A stretch of 57,914 nucleotides of DNA from Rickettsiales bacterium (lineage in GTDB: Bacteria; Pseudomonadota; Alphaproteobacteria; Rs-D84). The stretch lies in contig JAITJD010000011.1 in the NCBI GenBank assembly GCA_031279085.1, positions 1 to 57,914 of the forward strand, written 5' to 3'. Positions 55,149 through 57,914 of the stretch are shown in pieces. The first letter of the stretch is position 1. Each line of letters begins with the position of its first letter. The notes under the pieces were generated by a model. It was given only the letters and a program-made list of their open reading frames with translations, was not told the origin of the DNA and made no database searches. Made by a program: the position numbers and the translations under genes.

Positions 55149-56237
55149 ATGATAACCGATTTTATATCAGTTCAAGGATTAGATGTTTTAAGCAGCGGCT
55201 GGATGCAGTTTGCAGCCGCATTTGGATTGTCTTTTCTGATAATGGCATGTTTTGGCGGCGCGTTTGTCAAGGCAATGCGCCGCTGGCAGAAAAAAGGCCA
55301 GCCGATTAGCGAAAATGTTCCAAAAAATCACCTGGAAAAAATAGGAACGCCCACCATGGGCGGAATCCTGATTCTGGCCGCTGTTTTCATTTCCAGCATG
55401 CTGTTTATGAATCTGTCTAATCCGACCGGTTGGATTGCGCTGCTGTCTTTGGCCATATTCGGCGCAATCGGCTTTGCGGACGATTATAAAAAGGTGCGCG
55501 GCCAATCCAAAAAGGCCTCAAACGGCTTGTCGGCGCGACTGCGGCTGGTATTGGCGGGCCTGGGCGTCATATTGCTGGCATATTTGATAAACAAGACGAT
55601 GCCGTCTTATATTCCGGACTTGTCCGTCGCCCTGCCATTTGGAATAATCCTGCCGCTGGGAATTTTTTATTATGTGTTCGCTTATTTTGTCATAACCGGC
55701 AGCGCGAACGCCGCGAACATTTCAGACGGATTGGACGGAATGCTGTCCAAGCTTTACATGCCTGTTTTAATCGTGCTGGTTGTTGCGCTATACGGCGCGA
55801 CGCGAACCGGATTTATGGATACGATGCTTTTCTTGCCGGCGGCCGACGGCCTGTATCCGGTTCTGGGGGCTGTTTTTGGCGCGGTTTTGGGATTTTTATG
55901 GTTTAATTCGAAACCGGCGTCGATATTCATGGGCGATGTCGGATCTCTGGCTTTGGGCGGATTCATGGGAACGGTCGCAATGCTTTTAAAGTCGGAAATA
56001 ATCATGGGCGTGGCCGCGGGAATGATGGTTTTGATATTGCTGTCTTCTTTTGTTCAAACAACAGTTTTTAAAATCGCAAGAAAAATATGCGGAACCGGCC
56101 GGCGAGTATTTAAAATGGCGCCGCTGCACCATCATTTTGAGCTCTGCGGTTGGCCGGAGACAAAGATAGTTGAACGGTTTTTCATAATATCGGTATTGTT
56201 TTCAGGCCTGGCGCTGGCTCTGTTGAAGTTTGCATAA
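55149..56237 (+). CDS. mraY: Phospho-N-acetylmuramoyl-pentapeptide transferase
   Basis: 362 aa with 'TPTMGGILIL', 'GFADDYKK', 'NAANISDGLDG' and 'APLHHHFE'. Confidence 0.96.
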   Translation: MITDFISVQGLDVLSSGWMQFAAAFGLSFLIMACFGGAFVKAMRRWQKKGQPISENVPKNHLEKIGTPTMGGILILAAVFISSMLFMNLSNPTGWIALLSLAIFGAIGFADDYKKVRGQSKKASNGLSARLRLVLAGLGVILLAYLINKTMPSYIPDLSVALPFGIILPLGIFYYVFAYFVITGSANAANISDGLDGMLSKLYMPVLIVLVVALYGATRTGFMDTMLFLPAADGLYPVLGAVFGAVLGFLWFNSKPASIFMGDVGSLALGGFMGTVAMLLKSEIIMGVAAGMMVLILLSSFVQTTVFKIARKICGTGRRVFKMAPLHHHFELCGWPETKIVERFFIISVLFSGLALALLKFA

Positions 56238-56362
56238 AATATTTGTGTCGGCCTCAGAAGTTATTTCGCATGATGTCGGCGCGTCTTCTTCCTTTATTAT
56301 CCAGCTTAACAGATTCAGATATCACCTGCCTACCGCCGAGCACAGCGAGCCTAGCAACTCTT

Positions 56363-56377
56363 GTGGGATTTGTGGTT
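56363..56377 (+). repeat. Solo right-end remnant of the multi-hairpin repeat unit
   Basis: gtgggatttgtggtt matches the right termini gggggatttctggtt and gggggatttgtggtt of the two full units. It is followed by the same 'aggggttggca' spacer start. Confidence 0.5.
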
Positions 56378-56435
56378 AGGGGTTGGCAGTTATTAATTGT
56401 TAGTTAAAAAATGTAAATTAATCTTTCTTATGATT

Positions 56436-56665
56436 AACCAAAAATCTCCCCGCTTTTCCGGCAAGCAAGCTTGCTCGGAAAACCTCCCCTCTTTATCAAG
56501 AGGGGCTTATCGCGGGTTCAATCTTTGTGCCCCTCTTTATCAAGAGGGGCAACCAAGCTCAAAACCTGGCGCAAGAATTCGGTCTTGGATTAGTCCCCCT
56601 TGGTAAAGGGGGACAGAAATTGTTAACGGCTTTGCCGTTTACAATTTCTTGGGGGATTTCTGGTT
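56436..56665 (+). repeat. Multi-hairpin palindromic repeat unit, copy 1 (MITE-like, about 230 bp)
   Basis: It is bounded by imperfect terminal inverted repeats: aaccaaaaatctcccc (56436-56451) and gggggatttctggtt (56651-56665). Internal hairpins include cccctctt-tatc-aagagggg twice (56486-56505 and 56530-56549). The others are gtccccctt-ggt-aaagggggac and agaaattgttaacggc-ttt-gccgtttacaatttct. Confidence 0.7.
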
Positions 56666-56753
56666 AGGGGTTGGCATTAATAATTATATTTTGGATTTAT
56701 GGGTAAAGATTGGCACTAATAGAATTTATGGTTTAAGTTTTTAGATGTTAATT

Positions 56754-56939
56754 AACCAAAAATCTCCCCGAAAAGCTGGGGCGGCAAAGCCGCCAAGCTT
56801 TTCTCCCCTCTTTATCAAGAGGGGCAACCAAGTTCAAAACCTGGCGCAAGAATTTGGTCTTGGATTGTCCCCTTTGGTAAAGGGGGACAGAAATTGTAAT
56901 CGGCTTTGCCGTTTACAATTTCTTGGGGGATTTGTGGTT
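56754..56939 (+). repeat. Multi-hairpin palindromic repeat unit, copy 2 (about 186 bp)
   Basis: It has the same termini (56754-56769 and 56925-56939) and the same order of hairpins, with cccctctttatcaagagggg at 56805-56824. It lacks the duplicated second hairpin of copy 1. The flanking spacer 'ttggca.taataattatattttggattt' is also repeated after both copies. Confidence 0.7.
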
Positions 56940-56983
56940 GAAGATTGGCACTAATAATTATATTTTGGATTTTTGGTTGCCGG

Positions 56984-57913
56984 TCAGGACCCAAGTGCAG
57001 AAAACAAAGCGGTCCGGAAGGCAGTGAAACCCTGAGCGTAATAAGCGCAGTAGCCAGCGCAACCACTCTTGCAGTCGGCCGCTGCGCTGCCATGGCGGTT
57101 GGTGTGCACGAAACGTGACGACGACGCAACGGCTGTGCCATTGATACTATGTATCTTGCAATAGCAATATCTGCCCGCCGCAGATGTCGCGGGCGAACAA
57201 TTGGAACAGGCCTGGACGGCGGGTGAAGAATACGAGCCACTCCCCAATGTCGAAGAACAATAGCCACCCACCACGAATGATGACACCGTTTCGCCGCCCG
57301 CACTGCCGCCACTGCAGCCGCTGACTGTATTTTCATTCACATTTTTTGTTTCAGTATAGGCCGTGCAGCCGGTCGGGCTAGTTCCGCTGCTGATGATAGT
57401 TGAAATGCAGCTGGCGCTGGCCGTGCCTTGATTCTGCGCCTTATAGCCGCTGTTGCAGGTCACGGTTTTGGCAACGCCGCTGGTGCTGCATGCGCTCCAT
57501 GTCGCGCAAGTAAGGCCCGCCGTATTGTCAGCCGCGTTCGTGCAGGCCGCAGACCGTGTCTGAGTCCCCCCGTTCGTCGCGTACACGCACGTGCCGTTGC
57601 TGACCGTGCAGCCCGTCGGGGTGCATGATTGGCTGGTGCTGCAGCCGGTCGCGCAGTAGGTGCAGACATTCACGTTCTTGTAGTATTGCGCCGCGCAGCT
57701 GGTCAATACGCATGCGCTGGACGGAGTCTGTGTTTGATTTACATTGCCGGATACCGCATAAGACCCGCTGATGTCCGATGTAGCGCATGCCCGCGCGCAA
57801 TCAGTTTCTGCCGTTGCGCCGGTGCCGGCGGTATAATATCCAGCAGCGCAGGCCGTCGCGTTGTTCGTGCCCTCGGGGCAATAGCTGCCCACAGGGCAGA
57901 CATCGCAGCTCAC
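56984..57913 (-). CDS. Cysteine/Thr/Ser/Gly-rich secreted-type repeat protein, C-terminal part (5' end outside window)
   Basis: The open frame runs to the window edge. About 29 Cys occur in 309 aa, in recurring C-x2-C / C-x(3-8)-G-(Y/S)-Y-C patterns ('CDVCPVGSYCPEG', 'CAAGYYTAG', 'CTYCATGC'). Leu, Lys and Glu are almost absent. Local GC is clearly higher than in the rest of the window. Confidence 0.55.
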   Translation of the reverse strand: MSCDVCPVGSYCPEGTNNATACAAGYYTAGTGATAETDCARACATSDISGSYAVSGNVNQTQTPSSACVLTSCAAQYYKNVNVCTYCATGCSTSQSCTPTGCTVSNGTCVYATNGGTQTRSAACTNAADNTAGLTCATWSACSTSGVAKTVTCNSGYKAQNQGTASASCISTIISSGTSPTGCTAYTETKNVNENTVSGCSGGSAGGETVSSFVVGGYCSSTLGSGSYSSPAVQACSNCSPATSAAGRYCYCKIHSINGTAVASSSRFVHTNRHGSAAADCKSGCAGYCAYYAQGFTAFRTALFSALGS

Positions 57914-57914
57914 A

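Noticed and set aside
56486-56824. I considered whether the thrice-repeated 20-nt palindrome cccctctttatcaagagggg marks a CRISPR array.
   Set aside because: There are only three copies with irregular spacing (about 44 and about 275 nt), the sequences between them are themselves repeated, and no cas genes are present. This is consistent with nested palindromic or MITE-like repeats, not CRISPR.
56397-57336. There are ORFs at 56397-56606 and 56745-56954 (both starting 'ML(V/I)..KSPR') and at 56815-57336 (minus).
   Set aside because: The first two are simply the two repeat units read in one frame, and hairpin-dense DNA is unlikely to be coding. The third is an R/A/P-rich shadow frame running from the repeat into the GC-rich Cys-rich gene.

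Overview
This is about 58 kb of a compact bacterial chromosome. By eye it is roughly 40-50% GC over most of its length. It most likely belongs to a reduced-genome, host-associated alphaproteobacterium. That inference rests on a GapR/DUF2312 gene, SPOR-tailed cell-wall proteins, short housekeeping proteins and rvh-like type IV secretion (T4SS) parts. No searches were run. All calls come from motif and architecture recognition in the supplied translations and from reading the DNA by hand. Hand-derived coordinates for non-ORF features may be off by 1-2 nt.

Layout of the window:
- 1-13.8 kb, minus strand: plsX, rpmF (missed by the ORF track), a small HAD protein, then rpoC-rpoB-rplL-rplJ-rplA-rplK-nusG-secE-tRNA-Trp.
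- 14.1-18.7 kb, plus strand: an orphan virB8-virB9-virB10 operon with unusual domain additions, followed by an AT-rich spacer and two small orphan ORFs.
- 19.8-44.2 kb, housekeeping genes: yidC, lspA, a kef-type antiporter, rsmA, recR, a PBP5-SPOR carboxypeptidase, pyk, gapR, an RNHCP protein, pyrG, comEC, truA, fmt, def, rmuC, a MarR-TolC-adaptor-RND-HAD efflux operon, dnaQ and uvrD.
- 44.2-51.0 kb: five paralogous polytopic membrane proteins, four in tandem and one divergent. They look VirB6/TrbL-like and are driven from a perfectly palindromic divergent control region. A 169-aa orphan follows.
- 51.6-56.2 kb: rpmE, a catalytically degenerate IMPase-fold protein, PBP1A, an MliC-like lipoprotein and mraY.
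- 56.3-57.0 kb: a tandem pair (plus a remnant) of highly structured multi-hairpin repeat units.
- 57.0 kb to the window edge: a GC-rich, edge-truncated gene for a Cys/Thr/Ser/Gly-rich protein.

The best candidate for something undescribed is the dispersed, miniaturised T4SS-like inventory. It consists of the VirB8/9/10 core with a SPOR tail and a Cys-rich tail, plus the five-paralog membrane array. No ATPase, pilin or coupling protein is present in the window.
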